Counted from the stretch's first letter, positions 1 through 11,364 are shown. The stretch is 50,597 nt of DNA from an uncultured Streptococcus sp. (GCA_963527705.1 CAURTW010000001.1:1-50597), one strand, 5' to 3'. Numbers and translations are program-made. The notes: generated from the sequence alone by a model not told the origin.

Positions 1-474
1 ACCCACGCCCATTATGACCATATCATGAGTCTGGACTTGGTTCGCGAGACTTTTGACAATCCTCCTGTCTATATCGCAGAGAGTGAAGCCAGCTGGCTCT
101 ATACTCCCGTCGATAATCTCTCTGGGCTTCCTCGCCACGATGATATGGCAGATGTGGTCGCAAAACCAGCTGAACACACCTTTGTCTTTCATGAGGAATA
201 TCAACTGGAGGAATTTCGTTTCACTGTCTTACCAACACCAGGGCACTCTATCGGCGGTGTTTCTATCGTCTTTCCTGATGCTCACCTAGTCTTGACAGGA
301 GATGCCCTATTCCGTGAAACAATCGGACGAACCGACCTTCCAACTGGTAGTACAGTTCAGCTACTCCATAGTATCAAAACTCAACTCTTCACTCTACCAA
401 ACTACGATGTCTATCCAGGACATGGTCCAGCTACTACTATTGCTCATGAAAAAACTTTCAATCCTTTTTTCTAA
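1..474 (+). CDS. MBL-fold metallo-hydrolase (glyoxalase II-like), 5'-truncated by window edge
   Basis: Frame 1 is open from base 1 and reads THAHYDH (HxHxDH motif), followed by TPGHS, TGDALF and PGHG motifs. Confidence 0.9.
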   Translation, partial: THAHYDHIMSLDLVRETFDNPPVYIAESEASWLYTPVDNLSGLPRHDDMADVVAKPAEHTFVFHEEYQLEEFRFTVLPTPGHSIGGVSIVFPDAHLVLTGDALFRETIGRTDLPTGSTVQLLHSIKTQLFTLPNYDVYPGHGPATTIAHEKTFNPFF

Positions 475-533
475 CAAGATGGTGACAATGACTATCGCAT
501 TTTAAGTACATTATCCAACAGTCTTTCCACTAT

Positions 534-579
534 AAAAGGCATCCAGTCAAGGTTTTCACACCTGATTGAATGCCTTTTT
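534..579. terminator. Bidirectional intrinsic terminator between convergent MBL gene and pepO
   Basis: Inverted repeat aaaaggcatccagtca...tgattgaatgccttttt with A and T tails. Confidence 0.7.
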
Positions 580-600
580 CTGATGACTAGATTTTTTGCC

Positions 601-2493
601 TTACCAAATAATCACGCGCTCCTCTGGCGAACGCCACATACCGTCTCCTTCTTTGACATCATAGGTTGTAAAGAAATCATCGAAGTTTGGTACTTGTACA
701 TTGACACGGAGTTTGGCTGGCGCGTGCACATCAACGCTAGCCAAGAGTTTCATAAATTCTGGACGACCTTTCATGCGCCAGATGCGACCGAAGTTATGGA
801 AGAACTCTTCTGCTGAGAAGTCTGGTTCTCGCTTGGCTGCTTCAAGCGCTGCAGCGATTCCTCCCAAGTCAGCCACGTTTTCTGATACCGTCAATTTACC
901 GTTGATGGTTGCACCATAAGAATCCTGTCCATCAAACTGGTCAATAACTTTTTGTGTTTTCTCTTTGAAGGCAGCATAGTCGCTCTCTGTCCACCAATCC
1001 TTGAGGCTACCATTTTCATCAAAAGAAGCTCCGTTAGTATCAAAGGCGTGAGAAATTTCATGGGCAATAACTGCACCAATACCACCGTAGTTAGCAGAAG
1101 ATGACTGATGCAAGTCATAGAAAGGCGCTTGTAAAATAGCCGCTGGGAAGACAATTAGGTTCTTCTGTGGATTGTAGTAAGCATTGACCATATGAGCAGG
1201 CATACCCCATTCCTTGTAGTCTACAGGTTGGTTCCACTTGCTCCAACTGTGCTTGATTTCCACACGCGCAAAGGCTAGAGCATTGTCAAAAAGACTAGCA
1301 TTTTCATTTACTACTTTGTCCTTATAACGTTCTGGCAATTCTTCTGGGTAACCGATATAAGGCTTGATGACATTGAGTTTGACGATGGCCTTGTCACGAG
1401 TTTCAGGAGTCAGCCAGTCATTTTTAGCCAAACGTTCCTTATAGACATCAATCATAGTTGCCACTTTTTTCTCCACGTCTGCCTTGGCTTCTGGGGAGAA
1501 TTTTTCATGGGCATACCAGAGACCCAAGGCTTGTTTGAATGGACCTTGTGCTAGCTGGTAGGCAGCTTTAACCTTGTCTTTGGCTTCTGGAACTCCAGAT
1601 AGCGCACGGCTGTAAGCACCTGACAAGACACGGATTTCTTCCGTTAAATAGCTGGTTGAAAGATTCACAACACTCAAAATCAAGGTTGCCTTGAGAAGAG
1701 GCCAAGCTTCTTCACTATAGAATTGCTCTGCTGCTTGCCAGAAACGTTCCTCGTCTACGATAACCTTGTCTGGCACTTGTCCAAGAACGGCTTGGAAGAA
1801 GTCATCCAAAGGTAGGGCAGGCGCGAATTTTTTGAAATCTTCATATGAATATGGATGGTAGAGTTTAGCATACTCTGAACTTTCTTCATTAGAGAGCACC
1901 ACTGCCGCAACTCGACGGTCCAATTCTAGTCTTTTCTCTAGCAAGTCTTCAATTTCTGCATCAGAGAAATCATAAGCCTTGAGAAGATTTGCGCTGCTTT
2001 CTTTCCAAAGAGTCAAGAGCTCTTCGCGCTGAGGATGGTCTTCTGCATAGTAGGTCGTATCTGGCAGAATCGTGCTTGGAGCGCTAGCCCATAAAACGTT
2101 GATTCTGGCATCCATAAAGTCTGGCGATACACCAAAAGGAAGGAAGTTTGGTTTTCCAGCAAGTTCAAACTCTGCTAGTCTAGCTGTAAAATCCGCAAAA
2201 GTCTCCAATTCTTGGAATTCTTTAAGAAGTGGTAAGACAGGTGTGATACCGTCAGCTTCTCTCTTGTCAAAATCACGAACTAGGTGGTGGTATTTGACAA
2301 AGTTTGCCAAGATAGCATCCTCAGGCACCTCTTCACCTGCCAACCACTTGTCTGTTGTCGCCAGCATCAGGTCTTCAATTTCCTGATCTAAATCAACAAA
2401 ACCTCCCGTTTGAGACTTATCTGCTGGGATTTCAGCTGTCTGTTGCCATTCTCCATTGATTGCATCATAAAAATCGTCTTGATAACGTATCAT
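601..2493 (-). CDS. pepO: Endopeptidase O, M13 zinc metallopeptidase
   Basis: VNAYY, HEISH (HExxH) and ENVAD motifs. Start placed at MIRYQDDF (2493). Divergent from the psa operon, as in other streptococci. Confidence 0.95.
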   Translation of the reverse strand: MIRYQDDFYDAINGEWQQTAEIPADKSQTGGFVDLDQEIEDLMLATTDKWLAGEEVPEDAILANFVKYHHLVRDFDKREADGITPVLPLLKEFQELETFADFTARLAEFELAGKPNFLPFGVSPDFMDARINVLWASAPSTILPDTTYYAEDHPQREELLTLWKESSANLLKAYDFSDAEIEDLLEKRLELDRRVAAVVLSNEESSEYAKLYHPYSYEDFKKFAPALPLDDFFQAVLGQVPDKVIVDEERFWQAAEQFYSEEAWPLLKATLILSVVNLSTSYLTEEIRVLSGAYSRALSGVPEAKDKVKAAYQLAQGPFKQALGLWYAHEKFSPEAKADVEKKVATMIDVYKERLAKNDWLTPETRDKAIVKLNVIKPYIGYPEELPERYKDKVVNENASLFDNALAFARVEIKHSWSKWNQPVDYKEWGMPAHMVNAYYNPQKNLIVFPAAILQAPFYDLHQSSSANYGGIGAVIAHEISHAFDTNGASFDENGSLKDWWTESDYAAFKEKTQKVIDQFDGQDSYGATINGKLTVSENVADLGGIAAALEAAKREPDFSAEEFFHNFGRIWRMKGRPEFMKLLASVDVHAPAKLRVNVQVPNFDDFFTTYDVKEGDGMWRSPEERVIIW

Positions 2494-2607
2494 CTTGTTC
2501 TCGCTTTCATTTGTACTTGTTTTTAGCTTAACAAAAATTACCTTGGAATGCAATTAAAAATGAACTGATGTTTTCTATTGTATTTCAGTTATTATTTTAA
2601 TTTTTTG

Positions 2608-2646
2608 AAAAATTAACTTGACTTAATTTTTTTTTTAATGTATATT
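2608..2646 (+). promoter_or_regulatory. psa operon promoter with overlapping PsaR/ScaR operator
   Basis: Palindrome AAAAATTAACTTGACTTAATTTTT (2608-2631) overlaps -35 TTGACT (2618-2623). A 17-nt spacer leads to -10 TATATT (2641-2646). Confidence 0.8.
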
Positions 2647-2670
2647 AAGAGGCAGGAGGAATACAAGCTT

Positions 2671-3393
2671 ATGATACGTATCGAAAACCTCAGTGTCTCC
2701 TACAAAGAAACGTTGGCACTTAAGGATATTTCACTAGTGCTCCAAGGACCAACAATTACCGGTATCATTGGTCCAAACGGTGCTGGGAAATCAACATTAT
2801 TAAAAGGGATGCTGGGAATTATCCCACAACAAGGTCAGGCATTTCTCGATGACAAGGAAGTTAAAAAATCCTTACATCGAATCGCTTATGTCGAACAAAA
2901 AATCAATATCGACTACAACTTTCCCATCAAGGTCAAGGAATGTGTCTCTCTAGGACTCTTTCCCTCTATCCCTCTCTTTCGAAGTTTAAATGCTAAACAT
3001 TGGAAGAAAGTGCAAGAGGCCCTTGAAATCGTCGGCCTAGCTGACTACGCTGAACGTCAAATCAGCCAACTGTCTGGAGGTCAATTCCAGCGGGTTCTGA
3101 TTGCCAGATGTTTAGTTCAGGAAGCTGACTATATCCTCTTGGATGAACCCTTTGTTGGGATTGACTCTGTCAGTGAGGAAATCATCATGAATACGCTGAG
3201 AGATTTGAAAAAAGCTGGGAAGACGGTTCTCATCGTCCACCACGACCTCAGCAAGGTTCCCCACTACTTCGATCAAGTCTTGCTTGTCAATCGAGAAGTG
3301 ATTGCCTTTGGTCCAACCAAAGAAACCTTTACCGAAGCCAATCTCAAAGAAGCTTACGGTAATCGACTCTTTTTCAGTGGAGGTGACCTATGA
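2671..3393 (+). CDS. psaB: Mn ABC transporter ATP-binding protein
   Basis: Walker [10 protein letters not shown], signature LSGGQ, Walker B LLDEP. RBS aggagg precedes ATG 2671. Confidence 0.95.
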   Translation: MIRIENLSVSYKETLALKDISLVLQGPTITGIIGPNGAGKSTLLKGMLGIIPQQGQAFLDDKEVKKSLHRIAYVEQKINIDYNFPIKVKECVSLGLFPSIPLFRSLNAKHWKKVQEALEIVGLADYAERQISQLSGGQFQRVLIARCLVQEADYILLDEPFVGIDSVSEEIIMNTLRDLKKAGKTVLIVHHDLSKVPHYFDQVLLVNREVIAFGPTKETFTEANLKEAYGNRLFFSGGDL

Positions 3394-4238
3394 TCGCAGA
3401 ATTTATCGATGGATTGCAAAAATTCCATTTCTTACAAAATGCCTTGATAACAGCTATTGTCATTGGGGTCGTAGCTGGAGCTGTGGGATGTTTCATCATC
3501 CTACGCGGGATGTCACTCATGGGAGATGCCATTTCACATGCTGTCTTGCCAGGTGTAGCCCTCTCCTTTATCTTGGGCCTTGACTTCTTTATCGGAGCCA
3601 TTGTCTTCGGACTACTAGCTGCTATCATCATTACCTACATCAAGGGAAACTCGATTATCAAAAGCGATACCGCCATCGGCATTACCTTTTCTTCTTTCTT
3701 AGCCCTCGGTATCATCTTGATTAGTGTCGCTAAAAGTTCAACTGACCTTTTCCATATTCTTTTTGGTAATATCCTGGCCGTCCAAGATACGGATATGTTT
3801 ATTACTATGGGTGTGGGGGCAGCCATTCTCTTGTTAATCTGGATTTTCTTCAAGCAACTCTTGATAACATCCTTTGATGAACTCTTGGCTAAAGCCATGG
3901 GAATGCCTGTCAATTTCTATCACTACCTTCTCATGGTACTCCTAACTCTCGTGTCTGTGACAGCCATGCAAAGTGTCGGAACTATCCTGATTGTAGCCAT
4001 GCTGATTACCCCAGCGGCAACTGCTTATCTGTATGCTAATAGCCTGAAAAGCATGATTTTCCTTTCCTCAACATTTGGAGCGACAGCTTCAGTTTTGGGG
4101 CTCTTTATCGGCTATAGCTTTAACGTTGCGGCAGGTTCTAGTATCGTGCTTACAGCCGCTAGTTTCTTTCTCATTAGCTTCTTTATCGCTCCAAAACAAC
4201 GATATTTGAAACTGAAAAATAAACATTTGTTAAAATAA
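3390..4238 (+). CDS. psaC: Mn ABC transporter permease
   Basis: Hydrophobic protein with [11 protein letters not shown] motif. ATGA overlap with psaB. Confidence 0.95.
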   Translation: MIAEFIDGLQKFHFLQNALITAIVIGVVAGAVGCFIILRGMSLMGDAISHAVLPGVALSFILGLDFFIGAIVFGLLAAIIITYIKGNSIIKSDTAIGITFSSFLALGIILISVAKSSTDLFHILFGNILAVQDTDMFITMGVGAAILLLIWIFFKQLLITSFDELLAKAMGMPVNFYHYLLMVLLTLVSVTAMQSVGTILIVAMLITPAATAYLYANSLKSMIFLSSTFGATASVLGLFIGYSFNVAAGSSIVLTAASFFLISFFIAPKQRYLKLKNKHLLK

Positions 4239-4269
4239 GGGGCAAAACCCCAATAAATTGGAGGATCTA

Positions 4270-5199
4270 ATGAAAAAATTAGGTACATTACTCGTTCTCT
4301 TTCTTTCCGTCATTGCTCTTGTAGCATGTGCAAGTGGAAAAAAAGATGCAGCTTCTGGTCAAAAACTAAAAGTTGTTGCTACAAACTCAATCATCGCTGA
4401 TATTACCAAAAATATTGCTGGTGACAAGATTGATCTTCACAGTATCGTTCCTGTTGGTCAAGACCCACACGAATACGAACCACTTCCTGAAGACGTTAAG
4501 AAAACTTCTGAGGCTGACCTCATTTTCTATAACGGTATCAACCTTGAAACAGGTGGCAATGCTTGGTTTACCAAATTGGTCGAAAATGCCAAGAAAACTG
4601 AAAACAAAGACTACTTTGCAGTCAGCGAAGGCGTTGATGTTATCTACCTTGAAGGCCAAAACGAGAAAGGCAAAGAAGACCCACACGCTTGGCTAAACCT
4701 TGAAAATGGGATGATTTATGCTAAAAATATCGCTAAACAGCTCATTGCCAAAGACCCAAGCAACAAGGAATTCTACGAAAAAAATCTCAAAGACTATACT
4801 GAAAAACTAGACAAACTGGACAAGGAAGCCAAAGAGAAATTTAACAATATCCCTGCTGAGAAAAAACTCATCGTAACCAGCGAAGGATGCTTCAAATACT
4901 TCTCTAAAGCCTACGGTGTCCCAAGTGCCTATATCTGGGAAATCAACACTGAAGAAGAAGGAACACCTGACCAAATCAAGACCTTGGTTGAAAAACTTCG
5001 CCAAACAAAAACTCCTTCCCTCTTTGTAGAATCAAGTGTGGATGACCGTCCAATGAAAACTGTTTCACAAGATACAAACATCCCAATCTACGCACAAATC
5101 TTTACTGACTCTATCGCAGAACAAGGTAAAGAAGGCGACAGCTACTACAACATGATGAAATACAATCTTGACAAGATTGCTGAAGGATTGGCAAAATAA
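4270..5199 (+). CDS. psaA: Mn-binding lipoprotein (LraI family)
   Basis: Lipobox LVAC, DPHEYEP and EDPHAW motifs. RBS ggagg precedes ATG 4270. Confidence 0.95.
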   Translation: MKKLGTLLVLFLSVIALVACASGKKDAASGQKLKVVATNSIIADITKNIAGDKIDLHSIVPVGQDPHEYEPLPEDVKKTSEADLIFYNGINLETGGNAWFTKLVENAKKTENKDYFAVSEGVDVIYLEGQNEKGKEDPHAWLNLENGMIYAKNIAKQLIAKDPSNKEFYEKNLKDYTEKLDKLDKEAKEKFNNIPAEKKLIVTSEGCFKYFSKAYGVPSAYIWEINTEEEGTPDQIKTLVEKLRQTKTPSLFVESSVDDRPMKTVSQDTNIPIYAQIFTDSIAEQGKEGDSYYNMMKYNLDKIAEGLAK

Positions 5200-5303
5200 T
5201 ACTCTTCGAAAATCTCTTCAAACCACGTCAGCGTCGCCTTGCCGTACTCAAGTACAGCCTGTGGCTAGCTTCCTAGTTTGCTCTTTGATTTTCATTGAGT
5301 ATA
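5197..5303 (+). repeat. BOX element (boxA-boxC, no boxB)
   Basis: taatactcttcgaaaatctcttcaaaccacgtcagc...ctagtttgctctttgattttcattgagtata matches the streptococcal BOX ends. It starts in the psaA stop codon. Confidence 0.9.
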
Positions 5304-5311
5304 AGCCTCTG

Positions 5312-5346
5312 AAAAACGTCATTCTCTCATGAGCTGGCGTTTTTTC
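5312..5346 (+). terminator. Putative terminator after psaA/BOX
   Basis: aaaaacgtca...tggcgtttttt hairpin with T run. Confidence 0.6.
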
Positions 5347-5426
5347 TATGCCCATATTTCCGGTCAAATCATTGGAAAATTCCGACTGTTTCAGCTAAAA
5401 TGGAAGAAAAAAGATTGGAGTATCTT

Positions 5427-5921
5427 ATGGTAACTTTTCTCGGAAATCCTGTGAGCTTTACAGGTAAACAACTACAAGTCGGCGACAAGGCACTTGATTT
5501 TTCTCTCACTGCAACTGATCTTTCTAAAAAATCTCTAGCTGATTTTAATGGGAAGAAAAAAGTCTTGAGTGTCGTGCCTTCTATCGATACAGGTATCTGC
5601 TCAACTCAAACGCGTCGTTTTAATGAAGAACTGGCTGGACTGGATAATACGGTTGTCTTGACTGTTTCCATGGACCTCCCTTTTGCCCAAAAACGTTGGT
5701 GCGGTGCTGAAGGTATTGAAAATGCCATCATGCTCTCAGACTATTTCGACCATTCCTTTGGACGTGATTATGCCCTCTTAATCAATGAGTGGCACCTATT
5801 GGCACGCGCAGTCTTTGTCCTCGATACTGACAATACTATTCGCTACGTTGAATACGTGGACAATATCAACTCTGAACCAAACTTCGAAGCTGCAATTGCA
5901 GCTGCTAAAGAACTAAATTAG
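5427..5921 (+). CDS. tpx: Thiol peroxidase (PsaD/TpxD)
   Basis: VPSIDTGIC and [10 protein letters not shown] motifs. Start MVTFLG follows RBS ggag. Confidence 0.95.
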   Translation: MVTFLGNPVSFTGKQLQVGDKALDFSLTATDLSKKSLADFNGKKKVLSVVPSIDTGICSTQTRRFNEELAGLDNTVVLTVSMDLPFAQKRWCGAEGIENAIMLSDYFDHSFGRDYALLINEWHLLARAVFVLDTDNTIRYVEYVDNINSEPNFEAAIAAAKELN

Positions 5922-5999
5922 AAGCCATTGTGGCAGATAGCTAGAGAAATCTAGCTTTTTTTGATATACTAGATAAAGATATTAGACAAGAGGAAACGA

Positions 6000-6650
6000 A
6001 TGACCCCGAATAAAGAAGATTATCTAAAGTGTATTTATGAAATTGGCATAGACCTGCATAAAATTACCAACAAGGAAATTGCTGCCCGCATGCAAGTCTC
6101 TCCCCCTGCTGTAACTGAAATGATTAAACGGATGAAGAGCGAAAACCTCATCCTCAAGGACAAGGAATGTGGCTATCTACTGACTGACCTCGGACTCAAA
6201 CTGGTCTCTGAGCTCTATCGTAAGCACCGCTTGATTGAAGTTTTTCTAGTCCATCATTTAGACTATACGAGTGACCAGATTCATGAAGAAGCTGAGGTAT
6301 TGGAACATACTGTCTCTGAGCTATTCGTTGAGAGACTAGAAAAATTACTTGGATTCCCCAAGACCTGCCCTCACGGAGGAACTATTCCTGCCAAGGGAGA
6401 ACTCTTAGTTGAAATCAATAACCTACCACTAGCTGATATCAAAGAGAGTGGATCCTACCGTCTAACTCGGGTGCACGATAGTTTTGACATTCTCAATTAT
6501 CTGGACAAGCACTCACTTCACATCGGTGATCCGCTCCAAGTCAAGCAGTTTGATGGCTTCAGCAACACCTTTACTATCCTTAGTAAAGACGAGGATTTAC
6601 AAGTGAATATGGACATTGCAACACAACTCTATGTCGAGAAAATCAACTAA
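6000..6650 (+). CDS. psaR: Mn-dependent DtxR/MntR-family regulator PsaR/ScaR
   Basis: EDYLK, HRLIE, EAEVLEH and CPHG motifs with FeoA-like C-terminus. Confidence 0.92.
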   Translation: MTPNKEDYLKCIYEIGIDLHKITNKEIAARMQVSPPAVTEMIKRMKSENLILKDKECGYLLTDLGLKLVSELYRKHRLIEVFLVHHLDYTSDQIHEEAEVLEHTVSELFVERLEKLLGFPKTCPHGGTIPAKGELLVEINNLPLADIKESGSYRLTRVHDSFDILNYLDKHSLHIGDPLQVKQFDGFSNTFTILSKDEDLQVNMDIATQLYVEKIN

Positions 6651-6669
6651 TTTCTCAAGTCCCCTACCA

Positions 6670-6698
6670 ACCCTGAAAGTTTTATTTTCAGGGTTTTA
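6670..6698 (+). terminator. Terminator after psaR
   Basis: accctgaaa...tttcagggtttt hairpin. Confidence 0.7.
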
Positions 6699-6769
6699 TT
6701 TCTATCATTTGATTTTGCTTTCATTTAGTTGTAGAATGTTTGTAAAAAACAAGAAAGATAGTTTAACAT

Positions 6770-7480
6770 ATGAAAAAATCACTAAAAATTTTTGCGACAT
6801 CTAAATGGTTTGACCTCTTCGGGGTTGCTTTGGTCGTTGGGATTGCGATTGCATCTGGTTACCTCAACTCACGCCTCGATAAATTTGTAGACTGGGGACC
6901 ATGGACAGCTCTTGTACCCTTTGGATTGATTTCTGTAACCAACGTTGGGATTTCCATGTTGTCCACTCGTTTCACGGGAAAATTAAGCAAATGGGGAAAT
7001 TACTTTGGCATTGTCAATACGATTTTGTCTGGTACCATTGATTATATCCTTGGAAATAAGGCGGCCATTATCACCTATCCTGTCACCTTCCTCATTTATA
7101 CCTTTGCTATAAAGAAATGGGAGGCTTCGCAAGAAGGCAGACCCAACCAAATGAGCCAAAAACAGGTAAAATTGGCAGCCATCATCATTTCCATCATCTC
7201 CTTCCTCTTTGCCTTTGTGACCAACTATATCGGCTATGGAGGAAAGATGAATCTCCTTGCCTACGTGACAACTATTGCCTTTGCACTGTCCCTCATTGCC
7301 AATGCTTTAAACGCATTGAAATTAACAACTCAGTGGGGCTTTTGGTTGATTTATAATTTCATTCAGCTGACAAAGGCTGGCATTCAAGGAAACTTTGCCA
7401 ATATCGGAAAATACATCTTTTATATCCTCAATGCAATTGGAGCTTTATTTGTCTGGAACGATGAAGAGGTGGAACAATAA
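6770..7480 (+). CDS. Membrane protein, PnuC-like (nicotinamide riboside/vitamin transporter family)
   Basis: About 7 TM segments with GKLSKWGNYFGIVN and QWGFWLIYN PnuC-like patterns. Confidence 0.6.
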   Translation: MKKSLKIFATSKWFDLFGVALVVGIAIASGYLNSRLDKFVDWGPWTALVPFGLISVTNVGISMLSTRFTGKLSKWGNYFGIVNTILSGTIDYILGNKAAIITYPVTFLIYTFAIKKWEASQEGRPNQMSQKQVKLAAIIISIISFLFAFVTNYIGYGGKMNLLAYVTTIAFALSLIANALNALKLTTQWGFWLIYNFIQLTKAGIQGNFANIGKYIFYILNAIGALFVWNDEEVEQ

Positions 7481-7599
7481 GAAGGAAATCAAATAAAGAA
7501 ATCTAACAGAATCTCCTTACTAAAATTTTTTATCATTTTAGTTGAAACTTCCATTCTTTTGGAGTAGAATGAAGCTAGATAAAAGAGGGAGGTCTTGTC

Positions 7600-8013
7600 A
7601 TGAAAAAACTCTATAGAATCCATTTTGTAGCAATTGCAATCATCGATTTGCTACTATTTGCATTTTTTAGCACTAGACCCGAGATAGCTTTAGAATGGCT
7701 CTTGCTCACTGGTTTTATTTTCATCCTTACTCAGGGACTCCTGCTATTTCGCTTAGTTGTCCGACTCAAACATCAATTCGCTGAGATTTATCCTCAAATC
7801 AATAAAAAGATTCGCTTCTATTATTTAGGGGTTCTCTCCATTGATTTTCTATTTTTTGTCCTTTTAACCTTCGTTAGTTCTCAGCGTTTTCCCTCTCTTA
7901 TGCCAATTGTCACTGCTTGTCATTCTACTTTATATTATAGGACGGCGGACTACCTAAGAGAAAACTATCCTGACTTTTACAACAAACATATCTCTTTGTG
8001 GGAATGTCTCTAA
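7600..8013 (+). CDS. Small 4-TM membrane protein, function unknown
   Basis: Strong RBS gggagg, hydrophobic, paralogous to the downstream pseudogene. Confidence 0.8.
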   Translation: MKKLYRIHFVAIAIIDLLLFAFFSTRPEIALEWLLLTGFIFILTQGLLLFRLVVRLKHQFAEIYPQINKKIRFYYLGVLSIDFLFFVLLTFVSSQRFPSLMPIVTACHSTLYYRTADYLRENYPDFYNKHISLWECL

Positions 8014-8031
8014 GGAAAAGGAGGTTTTAGC

Positions 8032-8550
8032 ATGAAAAAATCATCTCCATCAAAACCATTCAACTCCTTGTCATTGATGGAATTATGCTGGCATTTTTGA
8101 CATTTAAAGAGAGACTTACTTGGGATTGGATTTTAATTTATAGCGGTTGGCTTATACTCAATGAAAATCAAAGAGCAAACTAGGAAGCTAGCCGCAAGCT
8201 GTACTTGAGTACGGTAAGGCGACGCTGACGTGGTTTGAATTTGATTTTCGAAGAGTATTATTTTCTTTCATCCTGTACTGTTGGTCTATCTTTCCAACCA
8301 ACTTTGTGACCACTTTAGTCAACTCTATTCCCAGATTAGACCGAGATTCTGGCGCTTTGCCTTACAAATCCTCCTATGGGATAGCCTGATCATTCTCCCC
8401 TTGATATGTTTAAGTAATATTCCACTTTTCCTTCAAGGAGTTCTCCTCATCCTAGGCCATCTCATCCCTTCCTATCGTATCTGCCAAAGCTTGAAAAGAG
8501 ACTTCCCCCAAGCCTATCAAGAACCGATTTCATTTTGGAGTATTTTATGA
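8032..8550 (+). pseudogene. Disrupted paralog of 7600-8013 (frameshift plus BOX insertion)
   Basis: RBS aggagg then ATG 8032. Adding one A to the A6 run gives MKKIISIKTIQLLVIDGIMLAFLTFKERLTWDWILIYSGWL, which continues after the BOX as IFFHPVLLVYLSNQLCDHF...ISFWSIL. Confidence 0.85.
8153..8260 (-). repeat. BOX element (boxA-boxC, no boxB) inserted in a gene
   Basis: Reverse complement is nearly identical to 5197-5303. TA dinucleotide at both ends. Confidence 0.9.
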
Positions 8551-8559
8551 TAGATAAGA

Positions 8560-8588
8560 AAAACCAAGCTGACTGGGCTTGGTCTTTA
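8560..8588. terminator. Bidirectional terminator between pseudogene and dtd
   Basis: aaaaccaagc tgactgg gcttggtcttt inverted repeat. Confidence 0.65.
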
Positions 8589-9032
8589 TTATCTATTTTT
8601 AGTATCAAGGATAATAGTGACTGGTCCATCATTGACCAGCTCAACCTGCATATCCGCTCCAAAGATACCTGTCTGAACGGGCACTTCTTGCGCTAATTTT
8701 TGATTAAATGCATCATAGAAGTCCGATGCCATATCAGGCTTGGCTGCACCTGTAAAGGCTGGACGATTGCCTTTCTTGGTATCCGCAAAGAGGGTAAACT
8801 GTGAAATAGAAAGGATTTCTCCTTCAATATCCTTGACAGACAAATTCATCTTGCCTTCTGCGTCTGAAAAAATCCGCATATTGACAAGCTTTCTCACAGC
8901 ATAGTCCAAATCTTCCTCTTGGTCCTCTGGGCCAACACCGACCAGCAATAAGAGACCCTGATTGATTTTTCCCTCTACCTGACCTTCAATACTCACTTGG
9001 GCTTTTTTAACCCGTTGGATAATGATTTTCAT
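8589..9032 (-). CDS. dtd: D-aminoacyl-tRNA deacylase
   Basis: SQFTL and NDGPVT motifs, downstream of rel. Confidence 0.95.
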   Translation of the reverse strand: MKIIIQRVKKAQVSIEGQVEGKINQGLLLLVGVGPEDQEEDLDYAVRKLVNMRIFSDAEGKMNLSVKDIEGEILSISQFTLFADTKKGNRPAFTGAAKPDMASDFYDAFNQKLAQEVPVQTGIFGADMQVELVNDGPVTIILDTKNR

Positions 9033-9061
9033 AATAGCCTTTCTAGTAAGAGCTAGGACAA

Positions 9062-11278
9062 TTAGCCATTAGTCCGTTTAACAGAGTAAACCTCTGGCAC
9101 ACTCTTAATCTTATCCACGACTGTGGTCAGTGTAGAGAGGTTGGAAATACCAAAGGAGACATGGATATTAGCAAATTTCATATCCTTAGTTGGCTGAGCA
9201 TTAACGGTTGAGATATTCTTGGTCGTGTTTGAGAGAACTTGTAAAACATCATTTAAGAGTCCTGTACGGTTGAGGCCATAGATATCGATGTGGGCAGTGT
9301 ATTCCTTGCTTGAGAATTGATCTTCCCACTCCACATCAAGGAGACGTTGCTCGTAGTTTTCTTGGGCACGGAGATTCATACAGTCCACACGGTGAATAGC
9401 CACACCGCGTCCCTTAGTAATGTAACCGACAATGTCGTCACCCGGAACTGGATTGCAACACTTGGCAATCCGAACTAGGAGACCTGAAGCCCCTTCAATG
9501 ACCACACCACCCTCATGCTTAACCTTGAGGGTTTCTTTGTTCTCGACTTTAACTTCGCCACCTTTGACAAGCTCTTCTGCTTCCGCCTTGGCCTTGGCAC
9601 GCTCTTCCTCACGGCGTTCCTTTTCGGTCAAACGGTTAAAGACGGTAATAGCGCCAATTTCTCCAAAACCAATAGCTGCGTAGAGAGCCTCCTCTGTCTT
9701 GTAGCTGGTCTTTTGAAGAACCTCATCCATATGGCGCTTGTCCATGAATTTATTGGCTACATAGCCGTTTTCTTGGAACTGGGCCATCAACATCTCACGG
9801 CCCTTGTTAACGGATAATTCCTTGTCTTGATTTTTAAAGAACTGACGAATCTTGTTGCGTGCCTTGCTGGTCTTGACCATATTGAGCCAGTCACGACTCG
9901 GACCAAAGGAGTTGGGGTTGGTGATAATTTCAACCTGATCCCCTGTCTTGAGCTTGGTTGTCAGTGGAACCATACGGCCATTGACCTTGGCACCAGTCGC
10001 TTTTTCACCGACTTTGGTGTGGATTTCATAGGCAAAGTCAATCGGTCCTGAATCTTTTGGTAGGGAGCGAACCGCACCATCAGGAGTAAAGACGTAAATC
10101 TCCTCCGCCAGATAGTTTTCCTTAACAGAGTCCACAAATTCCTTGGCATCATCAGCCTGGTCTTGGAGCTCCATCATCTCCTTGATCCAGTTCATTCCAA
10201 TAGCAGATTCCTTGCTGTTAACCTGACCTTTGATACCTTTTTTATAGGCCCAGTGAGCCGCAACCCCGTACTCGGCTACCTCGTGCATTTCCTTGGTTCG
10301 AATCTGGAACTCAATCGGTCCTTTTGGTCCATAAACTGTTGTATGGATAGACTGATACCCATTGGCCTTACGGTTAGCGATATAGTCCTTAAAACGACCT
10401 GGCATAGGTTTCCAAAGTTCATGAACATAACCAAGCATAGCATAAACATCACTCTGGGTATCCAAAATACAACGAATGGCAATCAAGTCATAAATTTCCT
10501 CAAAACGCTTCTTTTTATCCTGCATTTTACGGAAAATCGAGTAGATATGCTTGGGACGACCATAAATCTTCCCTTTCAAGTGACGATCCGTCGTATAGTC
10601 TTCTAATTTTGTAACTACCTCATCCACCAAGGCCTCACGCTCTCTGCGCTTTTCCTTCATCATATGGGTAATCTTGTAAAACTCCGTTGGGTTGAGATAA
10701 CGGAAAGATAGATCTTCTAATTCCCATTTAACACTCGAAATCCCCAAACGATGAGCTAGTGGAGCATAAATTTCCATAGTTTCTTTGGAAATGCGCTCCT
10801 GCTTATCTTTTCGAAGATGTTTGAGAGTCCGCATATTGTGGAGGCGGTCAGATAGCTTGACCAAGATAACGCGGATGTCCTCAGACATGGCCATGAGCAT
10901 CTTGCGATGATTTTCTGCCAACTGCTCTTCATGAGACTTGTATTTAACTTTACCAAGCTTGGTAACCCCATCTACGATTACCCGCACATCAGGACCAAAC
11001 TCTCTTTCTAAATCATCCAGGGTCGCTTCTGTATCTTCCACCACGTCATGCAAGAAACCACAAGCTACCGTTACAGCATCAAGCTTGAGCTTAGCTAAAA
11101 TACCTGCCACTTGGATGGGGTGAATGATATAAGGCTCACCTGATTGGCGATATTGACCACTATGGCAATCCACCGCATAGACCAAGGCCTTATGGACAAA
11201 ATGGACATCCTCTTCCGTTAAATATTCTTTGGTTAAAGCGACAACTTCTTCGCCTGTTAAATTCACTTCTTTTGGCAT
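9062..11278 (-). CDS. relA: Bifunctional (p)ppGpp synthetase/hydrolase Rel
   Basis: HD hydrolase (LHDVVED), synthetase (RFKDY, YQSIHT, EFQIRT), TGS, CC and ACT domains. Confidence 0.97.
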   Translation of the reverse strand: MPKEVNLTGEEVVALTKEYLTEEDVHFVHKALVYAVDCHSGQYRQSGEPYIIHPIQVAGILAKLKLDAVTVACGFLHDVVEDTEATLDDLEREFGPDVRVIVDGVTKLGKVKYKSHEEQLAENHRKMLMAMSEDIRVILVKLSDRLHNMRTLKHLRKDKQERISKETMEIYAPLAHRLGISSVKWELEDLSFRYLNPTEFYKITHMMKEKRREREALVDEVVTKLEDYTTDRHLKGKIYGRPKHIYSIFRKMQDKKKRFEEIYDLIAIRCILDTQSDVYAMLGYVHELWKPMPGRFKDYIANRKANGYQSIHTTVYGPKGPIEFQIRTKEMHEVAEYGVAAHWAYKKGIKGQVNSKESAIGMNWIKEMMELQDQADDAKEFVDSVKENYLAEEIYVFTPDGAVRSLPKDSGPIDFAYEIHTKVGEKATGAKVNGRMVPLTTKLKTGDQVEIITNPNSFGPSRDWLNMVKTSKARNKIRQFFKNQDKELSVNKGREMLMAQFQENGYVANKFMDKRHMDEVLQKTSYKTEEALYAAIGFGEIGAITVFNRLTEKERREEERAKAKAEAEELVKGGEVKVENKETLKVKHEGGVVIEGASGLLVRIAKCCNPVPGDDIVGYITKGRGVAIHRVDCMNLRAQENYEQRLLDVEWEDQFSSKEYTAHIDIYGLNRTGLLNDVLQVLSNTTKNISTVNAQPTKDMKFANIHVSFGISNLSTLTTVVDKIKSVPEVYSVKRTNG

Positions 11279-11364
11279 CTCTACTCTCCAATTCTTCCTA
11301 CCATTTTATCACTTTTTTAGGAATATGAAAACTAGAAAATTCCTACTCAATCAATATCCATATC

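Noticed and set aside
8161..8208. Short peptide MKIKEQTRKLAASCT
   Set aside because: It is the ORF intrinsic to the BOX sequence and stops inside the element, so it does not rescue the pseudogene.
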